Assembly: GCA_964429275.1 (NCBI GenBank)
Contig: CAYSBJ010000001.1
Location: forward strand, 124,001 to 188,000
Source of the DNA: an uncultured Pseudomonadota bacterium
Lineage (GTDB): Bacteria > Babelota > Babeliae > Babelales > JAUPTZ01
DNA length: 64,000 nt
Reading direction: 5' to 3'
Under the pieces are notes generated by a model, which was given only the letters and a program-made list of their open reading frames with translations, searched no databases and was not told where the DNA came from. This document shows, piece after piece, positions 41,001 through 49,551 of this stretch. Within the stretch, counting starts at the first letter, position 1; each line of letters begins with the position of its first letter. The translations under genes and the position numbers were made by a program.

Positions 41001-41666
41001 CTGTATGCTGTCAAGCTTGGTCAATTGGGTAGTTGGGTCCTCTTCGGTTTAGCATTGGGTATTTCATTTGGTGCAAAAAACCTTGTAGCTGATTTTTTCT
41101 CTGGTTTATGGATTTTAATCGAACGGCCAATGGAACCGGGTAACTACATTGAAACGGGCTCATTGCGTGGAGTGGTAAAGAAGATTGCATTGCGTGCGAC
41201 AACCATTCGTACTGCGCAAAATTATTCGGTGATTGTTCCTAACAGCGAGCTTGTCTCCAAGCCAATTATTAATTGGGGTGGTGGTTACTACGCGGTTGGG
41301 TTTGAGTTTGACGTCACAGTTTCGTATCATGCAGATGCACAAGTAGCTCGTGATTTAATTGCGCAAGTGGTTGCTAACAACCAACAAGTGCTGCGTATTC
41401 CGGCGGTTATGGTGCGGCTGGAAGATTTTGGTGAAAATGGCCTACTGTATAAAGTTCGTGCCTTTATCAGCTCTCGCCGTGTGAGAGAGCAATGGGATAT
41501 TGCGGGTGCTATTCGGATTGAGCTTTTGAAGGTATTGCAGGAAAATAACATTGGTATTCCATATCCGCACTTGGTTATTCAGCGCGAGAATGCTTTTGGT
41601 ATTAGCAAACGTATGTATGATGACTTGGTTTCTGAAGAGGAACAACTCAATAAGAAGAAGGAGTAG
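38076..41666 (+). CDS. Large MscS-family mechanosensitive channel (MscK/KefA-like)
   Basis: Signal peptide, ~500-aa coiled coil, multiple TMs, GISFGAKNLVADFFSG..ERP..GNYI, VIVPNS, IGIPYP. Confidence 0.88.
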   Translation: MMIKKFLLLGLFCGASALYPMSDTFPFNLIGSSSKDISFAFLKSTELVRQKEYANRQEQLSKLQVYKEEFRIRSANLQSQAVERVEALKKKMLLMGEHATVDDDVRILFMEREKTAVMLIETTDLVRKAIDEYEQLLKKFVAVLSNDTQGPGDGLHQPTCSWLQFKEAKKKLSEETEKLANLKEKRGLVIREGVRAKDQASLTSKQLEQDLLELEARRDAAADANQREYFTTLIGLQKAWIEESGQVQKLEQDYHVQREALHTTECALQKYLVSQLEQRLPELQERMVFEQTDVAFAEQELKSQRAETAEQNALLARDFRRLRREKESVLSHKQSLEVLKLKNEAYEVELEKIEQELKLLYEQELFLGHSKHFIEEKVEQKKLQLFIVTMMYDRGNDFSGDVVPQKINNWFSEITQTSKQIDTHLEQLNDYIQEGMLRSDDHRKYSEQIGMRLQSKLSQQVGYACEALHDVVMRLRAIDQEILAVNNQHVELCRSMKSDALFALDELVREQRAINIWQRSRRAVSYIQLKQAWTDIRNFTHIMYDKTAALFSPFALLYAAFTQPLSSYFLLFYFMIFLLLFVAGAQFSVNYLGRYIDRLLYIYQGKIWAIYFTVVRSFVRFIEQYSRAIAVWMCIRLHMAFHCGYYIFAGLTPLYGPYFVSLFYVCSIPFFLYLARHLMREVKTINQRMSFLFFTETLQEKFLLLLSSVLYISAVLLPLRQVFLCSVVVDIFERSSSSVPNVIYGAWTLAISIVFLLFFNKQDVLRLIPLHGRLGSFISSVIGKYYYPVFIFIMGFLILINPYVGYSNLAFYLAACVPLTVVVVYGLLTLHASIRHYSMALFIKEEEGSDEEGTDRFEHAKMYYGVFILLTFLVMCTLGFVAITHTWGFDYSLAQLWQGLSHDWVLTIEGTGVHIGFAGLLTLSLFVVSGFVISSLFNRFVLSRLFDIFRVEAGAQNTATRMMHYTIIFLAIVLGLYAVKLGQLGSWVLFGLALGISFGAKNLVADFFSGLWILIERPMEPGNYIETGSLRGVVKKIALRATTIRTAQNYSVIVPNSELVSKPIINWGGGYYAVGFEFDVTVSYHADAQVARDLIAQVVANNQQVLRIPAVMVRLEDFGENGLLYKVRAFISSRRVREQWDIAGAIRIELLKVLQENNIGIPYPHLVIQRENAFGISKRMYDDLVSEEEQLNKKKE

Positions 41667-41667
41667 T

Positions 41668-42402
41668 ATGAGTATGCAAACTCAGCCCATAGTACAGCAG
41701 GAGCCGATTGGTTTAGAGAGCAATCCTCAGTTTAGTGGTGTGTCAGTAACGTTGGTTGACCATATGGGGTCTGATCTTTCCGTGGTGAATGCTGCGCGAG
41801 TGAGCTTTGCTAAAGAAAGCCAGTGGTTGAATGGCGAAGTGAATCAGCTATCGGTTCGTGATCAAAAGTTAATTGAATATCTTGCAGAACATAATCATTG
41901 GAGTCCTTTTGGCCATGCGTTTGCTTCTTTTCGGATAAAAGCTCCGGTAATTAGTGCTCGCCAGCTCGTGAAGAGTAGCGTTGGTCTCTGTTGGAATGAA
42001 ATATCGCGCCGTTATGTTTCATATGAACCAGAAGTATTTAGCGTACCAGTATGGCGTGGAGCACCCGTTAATGCCAAGCAAGGTAGCACCGGTGAGCCGC
42101 ACATTTCCCAAGCGGCGGCTTCAGAGGTTTATGAGAAGGTAAGTATGCACGCTATTGCTGCGTACAACGAGTTGGTAGCCGGGGGTGTTGCTCCAGAGCA
42201 GGCGCGTCTTGTGTTGCCGCAATCGATGATGACGGAGTGGATATGGTCCGGTACACTTGCAGCCTTTGCTCGAGTGTGTAAACTGCGAATGGCGCAGGAC
42301 ACGCAAGCTGAAACGCGTGCTGTAGCAAATGGCATAGGAGCTGAAATGGAGCGGTTATTTCCGTTCTCCTTTAAAGCATTATTGAACCTCTGGAAGGTCT
42401 AG
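41668..42402 (+). CDS. thyX: Flavin-dependent thymidylate synthase
   Basis: MGSDLSVVNAARVSF, HWSPF, NEISRRY, EQARLVLP, QAETR; AAGGAG RBS. Confidence 0.9.
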   Translation: MSMQTQPIVQQEPIGLESNPQFSGVSVTLVDHMGSDLSVVNAARVSFAKESQWLNGEVNQLSVRDQKLIEYLAEHNHWSPFGHAFASFRIKAPVISARQLVKSSVGLCWNEISRRYVSYEPEVFSVPVWRGAPVNAKQGSTGEPHISQAAASEVYEKVSMHAIAAYNELVAGGVAPEQARLVLPQSMMTEWIWSGTLAAFARVCKLRMAQDTQAETRAVANGIGAEMERLFPFSFKALLNLWKV

Positions 42403-42407
42403 TATAG

Positions 42408-44594
42408 ATGACAATTACCGCTGAACTTGTGGGGACTGTGCAGCGATGCTTGTTCAAAAATAATGAAAATGGATACATGGTGTTTCTTTTGGCAGTTAAC
42501 GCAAAAGAAACAGTTACGGTAACTGGATGCTTTCCTGACGTGCACGAGGGAATGCGCGTATCGCTGGAAGGTTCTTGGCAATTTAACCCAAAATTTGGGC
42601 GCCAGTTTGCGGCGACAAAATGCAGTGTGCAGTTGCCGCAAACTGCGATTGGTATCGAGAAATACCTTGCATCTGGCCTTATTAAAGGTATCGGTCCGGT
42701 TTTTGCACGTAAACTCGTCACACATTTTAAAGAGCGCACACTTGAAGTTATTGATACTGCGCCATACCGACTCTCTGAGGTCCCTGGGGTTGGCCCCAAG
42801 CGGATTGAGCAAATTACTGCTGCATGGAAAGAGCAACGTGAAATTTCTCGCGTTATGGTTTTTCTGCAAGAAAAGGGGGTTGGAACTGGGCTTGCAGGTA
42901 AAATTTATAAAGCGTACGGCGCCTCCTCAATCGAAGCTATTTCTGCAAACCCCTATCGCCTGATTGAAGATGTCTGGGGTGTTGGTTTTAAGTCGGCTGA
43001 CGGACTGGCATTAAAGCTTGGGTTTGCTACGAACTCAATGCCACGAGTGCAGGCCGGTATTATTTATTCCATTACCAGTGCTGTTGATGAAGGGCATTTG
43101 TATAAAATTGTTACTGATGTTTTTGCCCAGACCCTTGAGCTTTTAGAACTGCAACCTGAGCGAGATGAGTCGCTGGTAAAACAAGCAATGCGTTCTTTGT
43201 ATGAAGCGAATAAAATAAAAGTTATTACGTTTGAATCGCAGCACTATGTGACCTTGCCACAATATTATTATTCCGAGGTCAGTATTGCAAAAAGACTGAA
43301 GGCCTTTGCAGCACCGACCGCAATTAAAATAGCGCTCGACTTTGATGTTGCATATAAAACATTATGCAAAGTTCCTGAAAATGGAGTGCATCTGAATGAG
43401 GAGCAGCAGATGGGGGTTATGGGTTGTTTGCAGCATAAAGTCTCTATCGTTACTGGTGGGCCTGGTACTGGTAAAACAACGTTGCTTAAATCATTACTCA
43501 ATGTTCTTGATGAGCAGCGGGTCAAAGTGCGATTGGCTGCTCCAACTGGTCGAGCGGCAAAGCGAATGTTTGAAGGAACTGGTCGTTCGACTGAAACACT
43601 CCATCGGATGCTTGAATTTTCTCCGATGACTATGGGGTTTACGCGCAATGAGCAAAATGCCTTGCAAGCCGATTTTGTGGTTGTTGATGAAGCGTCGATG
43701 ATTGATGTGTTTCTTATGAATTCATTACTGAAGGCATTGCCAGATCGGGCACACTTAGTGCTTCTGGGAGACGTTGATCAGTTGCCATCAGTCGGTGCGG
43801 GCAATGTATTGCATGATCTTATTAATTCGGGCGTTGTGAATGTTACCCGCCTAAAGCATATCTTTCGGCAGGCGCAGGATAGCTTAATTATTGTGAATGC
43901 ACACCGAGTGAATAACGGTGAATTTCCCTCCAGTAAGGGAGTCTGGGAGACAAGTAAGCGTGACTTTATGTATATAAAGCATGAGGCTCCTGAAGAGTTG
44001 TTTGAGTTTTTGCGAACCTTTTTTACTAAGACTATTAAACAGCATCATTTCGTATGGCAACAGGCAGTAGTCCTGACTCCCATGAACCGTGGAACCGCCG
44101 GAACGCAACGTATTAACCAGGAATTGCAGATGATTCTGAATGCCGAGGGGGCGCAGGGGCCGGTTGTAACGCGATTTGGACAAGAATTTCGTGTAAATGA
44201 CCGAGTTATGCAGATCCGTAACAATTACGACAAGTTTATCTTTAACGGTGATATTGGCTTCATTACCGGCATTAATGTCGAAGATCAAGAGGTTACCGTT
44301 ACATTTGGTGAACGAGCGTTGGTGTATCAATATCTCGAACTTGGTGAGTTGGTCTTGGCGTATGCGATATCGGTACACAAATCTCAAGGGTCTGAATTCG
44401 ATGTCGTGGTGATTCCTTTGTATGTGCAACATTTTATGCTTCTACAGCGAAACTTAATATACACCGCCATCACGCGAGCTAAAAAACTTTGTGTACTTGT
44501 GGGGCAAGCTCGTGCTATTGCTATGGGTGTACGGAATGTGAAAGGTAATCAGCGACTTACCTTTTTACAACAGTTTTTGACCGGAGTTTTGTAG
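42408..44594 (+). CDS. recD2: ATP-dependent RecD2 DNA helicase
   Basis: N-terminal OB/HhH region, TGGPGTGKTT, VDEASM, GDVDQLPSVG, HKSQGSE, YTAITRA. Confidence 0.95.
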   Translation: MTITAELVGTVQRCLFKNNENGYMVFLLAVNAKETVTVTGCFPDVHEGMRVSLEGSWQFNPKFGRQFAATKCSVQLPQTAIGIEKYLASGLIKGIGPVFARKLVTHFKERTLEVIDTAPYRLSEVPGVGPKRIEQITAAWKEQREISRVMVFLQEKGVGTGLAGKIYKAYGASSIEAISANPYRLIEDVWGVGFKSADGLALKLGFATNSMPRVQAGIIYSITSAVDEGHLYKIVTDVFAQTLELLELQPERDESLVKQAMRSLYEANKIKVITFESQHYVTLPQYYYSEVSIAKRLKAFAAPTAIKIALDFDVAYKTLCKVPENGVHLNEEQQMGVMGCLQHKVSIVTGGPGTGKTTLLKSLLNVLDEQRVKVRLAAPTGRAAKRMFEGTGRSTETLHRMLEFSPMTMGFTRNEQNALQADFVVVDEASMIDVFLMNSLLKALPDRAHLVLLGDVDQLPSVGAGNVLHDLINSGVVNVTRLKHIFRQAQDSLIIVNAHRVNNGEFPSSKGVWETSKRDFMYIKHEAPEELFEFLRTFFTKTIKQHHFVWQQAVVLTPMNRGTAGTQRINQELQMILNAEGAQGPVVTRFGQEFRVNDRVMQIRNNYDKFIFNGDIGFITGINVEDQEVTVTFGERALVYQYLELGELVLAYAISVHKSQGSEFDVVVIPLYVQHFMLLQRNLIYTAITRAKKLCVLVGQARAIAMGVRNVKGNQRLTFLQQFLTGVL

Positions 44595-44606
44595 AAAAAG
44601 GCGTTT

Positions 44607-45665
44607 ATGTATAATTTTTTTTTGCTTATAGTGAGTATTATTTCATTTGATGCATCGTTAGTGGCAATGAATAGTCTCAATACATACCGTGATGAGCTTG
44701 GTTCTGCTCTTGCAGTCACTAATTCAGTTTTGGGACGCGCATCTCAGTTAAGAAGCGGTCCTGCGCTTGGCATTTTGCGTTCTGCGCAGTGGCATGACTA
44801 TCTTTCTGCAACGCAAAACCGTTCTGCCTTGTGGCGTGATAAGATGGGGTATTATTTTATGGAAAATGAAATTGTCTCGTTTGCTGATCGCTGTTATGTT
44901 TTGCCGCCAAATGAATTGCCATTGTTGTATGCCACTGCTGCTCAATATGCCCAAAAGTTGGGCATATTGGTGCCTTTATTGCTTTTGGTTGATGATAGCA
45001 AATTAGTTGATGCAACAGCGGCCTGTTGGTCCTCAAACACCGGATTTGTGGTTCTTGGTCGGGGCTTGTTCGAGGAAATGAGCGAAGCAGAATTTTGTGG
45101 TGTTCTTGCCCATCAAATGGCAGTGGTGGCTGGGCGTCATCAAGCAACAATGGCTAAGTCTTTCGTGCCAGTATTCCTAGTAGGCTTAGTAGCTATGCTC
45201 TATTCAGTCAGTAAGCTGCGCGGGAGTGATCAGACAATTTCGCTGCGGCGAGGCGTCGCGTGCCTTGGAATACTTGGCTTTTATGGTGCAATTATGGGTA
45301 TCTATTGGGGCATTCTGGCTCGCCACTGTGAGTATAAAGCAGACGTACTGGCAAGTTCTGTTAGTGCTAGGAATGGTTTAGCGATGCTTGAGGCGTTTGA
45401 CCGTTTTTATCAAGAAAACATGGGCGGTGATTTAGCCGTTGTGCGAGAGATTGTTTCGAACGACCTCCCTTACCTTTCAGCGCAAGATGAGCATAGGGCT
45501 GGCGAATTCATAGCGGGTATGGAGGCTCTTTATGTTGTGGCTCGGAAAGAAAATGATGCGGTTGGCAGAAGCTTTTTCTCTACTCATCGGTCACTTAGGT
45601 TGCGTAAAGCTTTTTTTAAAAAGGCAATCGCCGATCAGGCAGTAGAGCCTATTCCTGCCCCTTGA
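44607..45665 (+). CDS. M48 peptidase-like protein with degenerate active site
   Basis: GVLAHQMAVVAGRH (HExxH lost), CEYKAD, FSTHRS; signal peptide. Confidence 0.7.
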   Translation: MYNFFLLIVSIISFDASLVAMNSLNTYRDELGSALAVTNSVLGRASQLRSGPALGILRSAQWHDYLSATQNRSALWRDKMGYYFMENEIVSFADRCYVLPPNELPLLYATAAQYAQKLGILVPLLLLVDDSKLVDATAACWSSNTGFVVLGRGLFEEMSEAEFCGVLAHQMAVVAGRHQATMAKSFVPVFLVGLVAMLYSVSKLRGSDQTISLRRGVACLGILGFYGAIMGIYWGILARHCEYKADVLASSVSARNGLAMLEAFDRFYQENMGGDLAVVREIVSNDLPYLSAQDEHRAGEFIAGMEALYVVARKENDAVGRSFFSTHRSLRLRKAFFKKAIADQAVEPIPAP

Positions 45666-46098
45666 TCGCACGGCGAGTTTCTCGGGCGATATCCCGTTCT
45701 TTTATGGTTTGGCGCTTATCAACAGCATTTTTGTGCTGGGCAAGCCCAAGTTCTACTTTTACGTAGCCTTTGTTGGTAAAGTATATTTTGAGCGGAATAA
45801 CCGTGAGCCCTTTGCGAGAGATGGAACCAATAAGCTTATTAATTTCTCGGCGATGCAGAAGTAGCTTTCGGCTCCGGCGTGCGGTATCATTTTTTATAAA
45901 CGCGTGGGAGTAAGGCCCAATATAGCAGTTGAGGAGCTGAAGAGTGTTGTCGTGGGCGGTGGCATATGAGTCACTTAGGCTTCCGTTGCCCGCTCTGAGT
46001 GATTTTACCTCGTCCCCGGTTAGAACGATACCAGCTTCAAAAGTCTCGAGGATGTGGTAGTCAAAACGGGCTCGTTTGTTGTCTGCGATCAGTTTCAT
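45649..46098 (-). CDS. smpB: SsrA-binding protein
   Basis: NKRARFDY, EAGIVLTGDEVKSLR, RKLLLHRREI, DKRQTIKERD. Confidence 0.97.
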   Translation of the reverse strand: MKLIADNKRARFDYHILETFEAGIVLTGDEVKSLRAGNGSLSDSYATAHDNTLQLLNCYIGPYSHAFIKNDTARRSRKLLLHRREINKLIGSISRKGLTVIPLKIYFTNKGYVKVELGLAQHKNAVDKRQTIKERDIARETRRAIKGQE

Positions 46099-46205
46099 AT
46101 TTTTCTACTATTGAATTTTATTGTAAGAAGCGTATTATTGTACGCAGTATAACACGATTATAGTCCTTAATGGTACAACCTCCTCACTTTACCAAGGGTA
46201 AACTC

Positions 46206-47255
46206 ATGTGCTATAGATCAACCAATAGCCTACTTGCCGTTTTAGGATGCTTCAGTTTTCTTTCAGGGTGGGCTCTGCACCTTAAGGCGCTTTCAGACCA
46301 AGCAAGCCAAAACATATACTGGGACGATATTTCTGCGAGTATGTCTCAGCCAAATTCCGCCCTTGTCCGGCTAAAGGGAATAGAAAACCCAGCCCTTTTG
46401 AGTATAGTTTTTGACGCTGAGTGGGCAATTCATCACGGTAAACAGCCGACTTTTTCTGAGGCCATTGGCCGTAATTTTCTTTTTAACGCAGTTTCTTCCT
46501 TGGGGACGTTTGTTGTTCTGCATCCCGATGATGCGCCGCGCTTGCATGAGCTGGTTGACGAATTATCCCAGGCTATGAAAATTAAAAAGCCGATGATCAT
46601 TTACTCTGACATCGGTCTTTTTAACGCCTTTGCGACTGGCCTTTCATCAGATAATTCTTGTATAGTACTTTGCCGTGGGATGCTTGAAAAAATCACTACA
46701 GAAGCAGCTTTTGGGGTTGTTGCTCATGAAATGGGCCATATAATGCATAATCACACGAAAAAGAAGCTTATAGCCGTCTGCAGTATGGGTGTTGCTATGA
46801 CGGCGCTTTTTATGCAAGTGGTTCATGCCGCATGTGCTGCTGATAAAAAAGGTCCTGCAATGTTGCGGGGGGCCGCTCAGTGCTTTTCCTTTGGTCTGTT
46901 GTGTGTTGGCTTTGAACTTTTGTATGCCCGACGTTGCGAACGCGAGGCAGATCAGGCTATGGGAACCTATCTGAGGGATAAAGGGCGTACGATGCTGCAG
47001 TCTATGCTGAACTACGAAAAAAACGCTAATCATACTGATGCACTAGCGGTGGCGGATTTTATGAAAACGCAGCGGTTTAGAAGCCTGACTGCTGCTCAGC
47101 AATTAGAGTTTAAGACTCGCCTTTCTCAGGGGAAATTGTGGGTGAATAATAACCATAATTGCCGCGGACTTAATGCCTTGTTCTCTTCGCATCCAAGCAC
47201 CCAAGAACGACTGTCTCGATCGCTAGAAGAATTTGCTACGGAGCAGCCTGCATAG
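46206..47255 (+). CDS. M48 (HtpX/Ste24-like) zinc metallopeptidase, intact active site
   Basis: FNAFATG, VVAHEMGH, EREAD, SSHPSTQERL. Confidence 0.88.
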   Translation: MCYRSTNSLLAVLGCFSFLSGWALHLKALSDQASQNIYWDDISASMSQPNSALVRLKGIENPALLSIVFDAEWAIHHGKQPTFSEAIGRNFLFNAVSSLGTFVVLHPDDAPRLHELVDELSQAMKIKKPMIIYSDIGLFNAFATGLSSDNSCIVLCRGMLEKITTEAAFGVVAHEMGHIMHNHTKKKLIAVCSMGVAMTALFMQVVHAACAADKKGPAMLRGAAQCFSFGLLCVGFELLYARRCEREADQAMGTYLRDKGRTMLQSMLNYEKNANHTDALAVADFMKTQRFRSLTAAQQLEFKTRLSQGKLWVNNNHNCRGLNALFSSHPSTQERLSRSLEEFATEQPA

Positions 47256-47494
47256 GGCTTTTTCTCCTAAGTCCTGACTAGATCTTGCGTATCGTTCTTG
47301 TCTGCTTGTAGAGTTGATTAGATTTGATCTTGGAGGGCGTATGTATGGACGTACCATGTGCCCTGGTAAGAGGACTAGGGATTCTCTGGGCTTTACAGAG
47401 CTACTATTGTGTCTCTAGCTTCATTTGTGTAATCTAAGTCTAGTAATAGTGTTGTGAGACAAAGGTTTTTACAGCTTTTTCTTGTGAGGTTTAT

Positions 47495-48238
47495 ATGATG
47501 TTTTTTTTATTGTTATCACTTTCCTTTCTTTTTTTTCCTTCTGCTACCCAGGCGCGAGCTTTTAGTGTACTGCCTGCGGCGGCCCAACCATTGGTTAGCG
47601 TGGTAAACTCAAGAAATGCCGAGCCTGCCATTCCAGCGGGGCCTATCCGCTTGATGGGAGAGTTTGTGATTGAGGGGCACCCTGGAGAGCCAGTGCCACC
47701 GCTTACGATTTATTTTGACGGTAATATTCTTCGCTCTAACGAGGCTGGTGATTATACGATTACAGTTTCGGAGGAAGAGGTTAAAAGTGGCCGGCTGGAC
47801 GATCTTTCCTTGGTTATTTGCAAACGCTTGGAGCTTGATTTTGAACAAGGGCATACCTTGGCAGGCATTAAGATGAAGAAGCTTGAGAAATGCTCCTGGT
47901 ACAAATTGGATCGCGAATGGGATGCACAGCAAAACCGATGGACCTGGATTATCACAGAGCAAGAGATTGGGGAAGATGATTATGTGCCAGAAAAAGCCTT
48001 GATCGTGCTCATTAGCAGCAAGCACGTTTCTGCAGTCTGCGACACTGCCCATATGGCTTCTAATACTCCGCACGTGCATGGACTGCTTCCTACTATTGTT
48101 CTGCACGACTATGATCACTCTCGTAATTCTATTAAAAGCGCGATTGAGGCTATCGAGGTCCAGCAGCATGCTGCGCCGCAGAAAGTGGAAAAATTTGTGA
48201 CACCCAATGGCGTGGAGTGTCGTCGTTTTGTCTGGTAA
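47495..48238 (+). CDS. Hypothetical exported protein
   Basis: Signal peptide ending ATQA; beta-rich domain; GAGG RBS. Confidence 0.7.
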   Translation: MMFFLLLSLSFLFFPSATQARAFSVLPAAAQPLVSVVNSRNAEPAIPAGPIRLMGEFVIEGHPGEPVPPLTIYFDGNILRSNEAGDYTITVSEEEVKSGRLDDLSLVICKRLELDFEQGHTLAGIKMKKLEKCSWYKLDREWDAQQNRWTWIITEQEIGEDDYVPEKALIVLISSKHVSAVCDTAHMASNTPHVHGLLPTIVLHDYDHSRNSIKSAIEAIEVQQHAAPQKVEKFVTPNGVECRRFVW

Positions 48239-48503
48239 GGCCGGCAACGCGCTTCTTTTGGCTACTCGGCTGCGGCCTCTCGAGTGACGCTTGTACCTTT
48301 GCCACCGACTATAGCGCGTTCTGTTTCTGCTTCTTCTTACGTTGTCCCTGCAACGGCTGGCTCATTTGATTACCGGAAAGCAGTTCCTCCGACTGGTTTT
48401 CCTTCATCCCTAGTAATTCCTGCGGCAGAAGGGAAAGAAAAGTATGTGACTGTGTCGGCAGGGGTGCTCGGGTTGTCAAGGAGAAAGAAACATTAAAAAC
48501 AGA

Positions 48504-49547
48504 CTAGAAAATATCAACATCAAGTGGCGCTATCTCGCCCTTAGCAAGCTTGTACGCGCCGACAAAAGCGATCATCGCAGCGTTGTCGGTGCAAAATGGT
48601 GGCGGACTGGTAAAGAGGGTTGCTTTGCATCGTTCCGCTGCCAATGCTAGCAGGGCGCCAAGATATTTGTTGCAGGCAACACCGCCGACAAAGGTGACCG
48701 CTTCAATCTTATGTTGTGCTTCTTCCAGTGCGTTGACTATTGTTTTCTCAAAAATATCGCCAATGCAGATGAGTAATGAGCTAGCAACATTTTGTTGAAT
48801 TTCTGCGGTAAGGAGTGCGGTGCGTTGTCCAGTCTTAAGGTCGACAAAGCCTTGCTTTGCCAAGTCGTACAGAACGGCCGTTTTGAGGCCGGAAAAACTG
48901 AATGAATAATCAGTCGACATAAATTTATTGCGGGGATAGGTGTACACATCACGAAACCCTGCTTCACGAGCAAGCTTTTCGATAGTTGCCCCGCCGGGAT
49001 AGCTAAAACCTATGAGTTTGGCAATTTTATCAAATGCTTCTCCTGCTGCATCATCTCGCGTTTGTCCAAGGAGCGTAAACTCGCCAAAATCGGTTACCAA
49101 ATAGAGTGCCGTATGTCCGCCAGAAGCGGTAAGACATAAATGAGGAAATGGTATTTCGGTACGAACGGTACCGTCTAGATTAAGGAATGAAGAAAATATA
49201 TGACCTTCAAGGTGATTGACTGCAATCAATGGAATGTTGCGAGCAAAGGCAAGGCCTTTAGCATAACACAAACCAACAAGCAATGAACCGGCAAGCCCTG
49301 GCTTGCTGGTTACTGCGATGGCAGTAATGTCTTGTATCGTGCAGCCAGCTTGCTTAAGGGTGAGTGCGACGACAGGACCAATCTTTTCTAGGTGAGAGCG
49401 CGAAGCGAGCTCTGGCACTACACCACCATACTCAAGGTGTGTTTGCTGTGAGTAGGTGTGGTATGCCAAAATTTTCTGTTGAGCTGTGTCAAAAACTGCA
49501 GCTGCGGTATCGTCGCACGAGCTCTCAATGCCTAAAATCAAAGCCAT
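48504..49547 (-). CDS. tsaD: tRNA N6-adenosine threonylcarbamoyltransferase
   Basis: LGIESSCDDT, GGVVPELASR, HLEGH, SGGHT, DDAAGEAFDK, TDNAAMIA. Confidence 0.97.
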   Translation of the reverse strand: MALILGIESSCDDTAAAVFDTAQQKILAYHTYSQQTHLEYGGVVPELASRSHLEKIGPVVALTLKQAGCTIQDITAIAVTSKPGLAGSLLVGLCYAKGLAFARNIPLIAVNHLEGHIFSSFLNLDGTVRTEIPFPHLCLTASGGHTALYLVTDFGEFTLLGQTRDDAAGEAFDKIAKLIGFSYPGGATIEKLAREAGFRDVYTYPRNKFMSTDYSFSFSGLKTAVLYDLAKQGFVDLKTGQRTALLTAEIQQNVASSLLICIGDIFEKTIVNALEEAQHKIEAVTFVGGVACNKYLGALLALAAERCKATLFTSPPPFCTDNAAMIAFVGAYKLAKGEIAPLDVDIF

Positions 49548-49551
49548 AGTG

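Noticed and set aside
45649..47494. tmRNA gene expected near smpB
   Set aside because: No tRNA-like domain (standard or permuted) was found in the flanking intergenic DNA.
47609..48247. 212-aa antisense ORF (also the long shadow ORFs at 22687-23283, 43884-44432, 53392-53985 and 14504-15046)
   Set aside because: They overlap better-supported genes and have no RBS or recognisable motifs.
48300..48415. RNase P-like (ACAGAACGCG), T-box-like (GGTGGC) and cobalamin-like (TGTCCCTGCAAC) words
   Set aside because: The required partner motifs (GAGGAAAGTCC/GGCTTA, GGTGGxACC plus a downstream gene, GGGAA...GGTGxAAxTCC) are absent.
48239..48496. Frame of the 47495-48238 gene stays open for 85 codons after a single TAA (possible readthrough or nonsense mutation)
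   Set aside because: The extension is low-complexity with no recognisable domain, and no other sign of stop-codon recoding is seen; the structured-RNA reading explains the region better.
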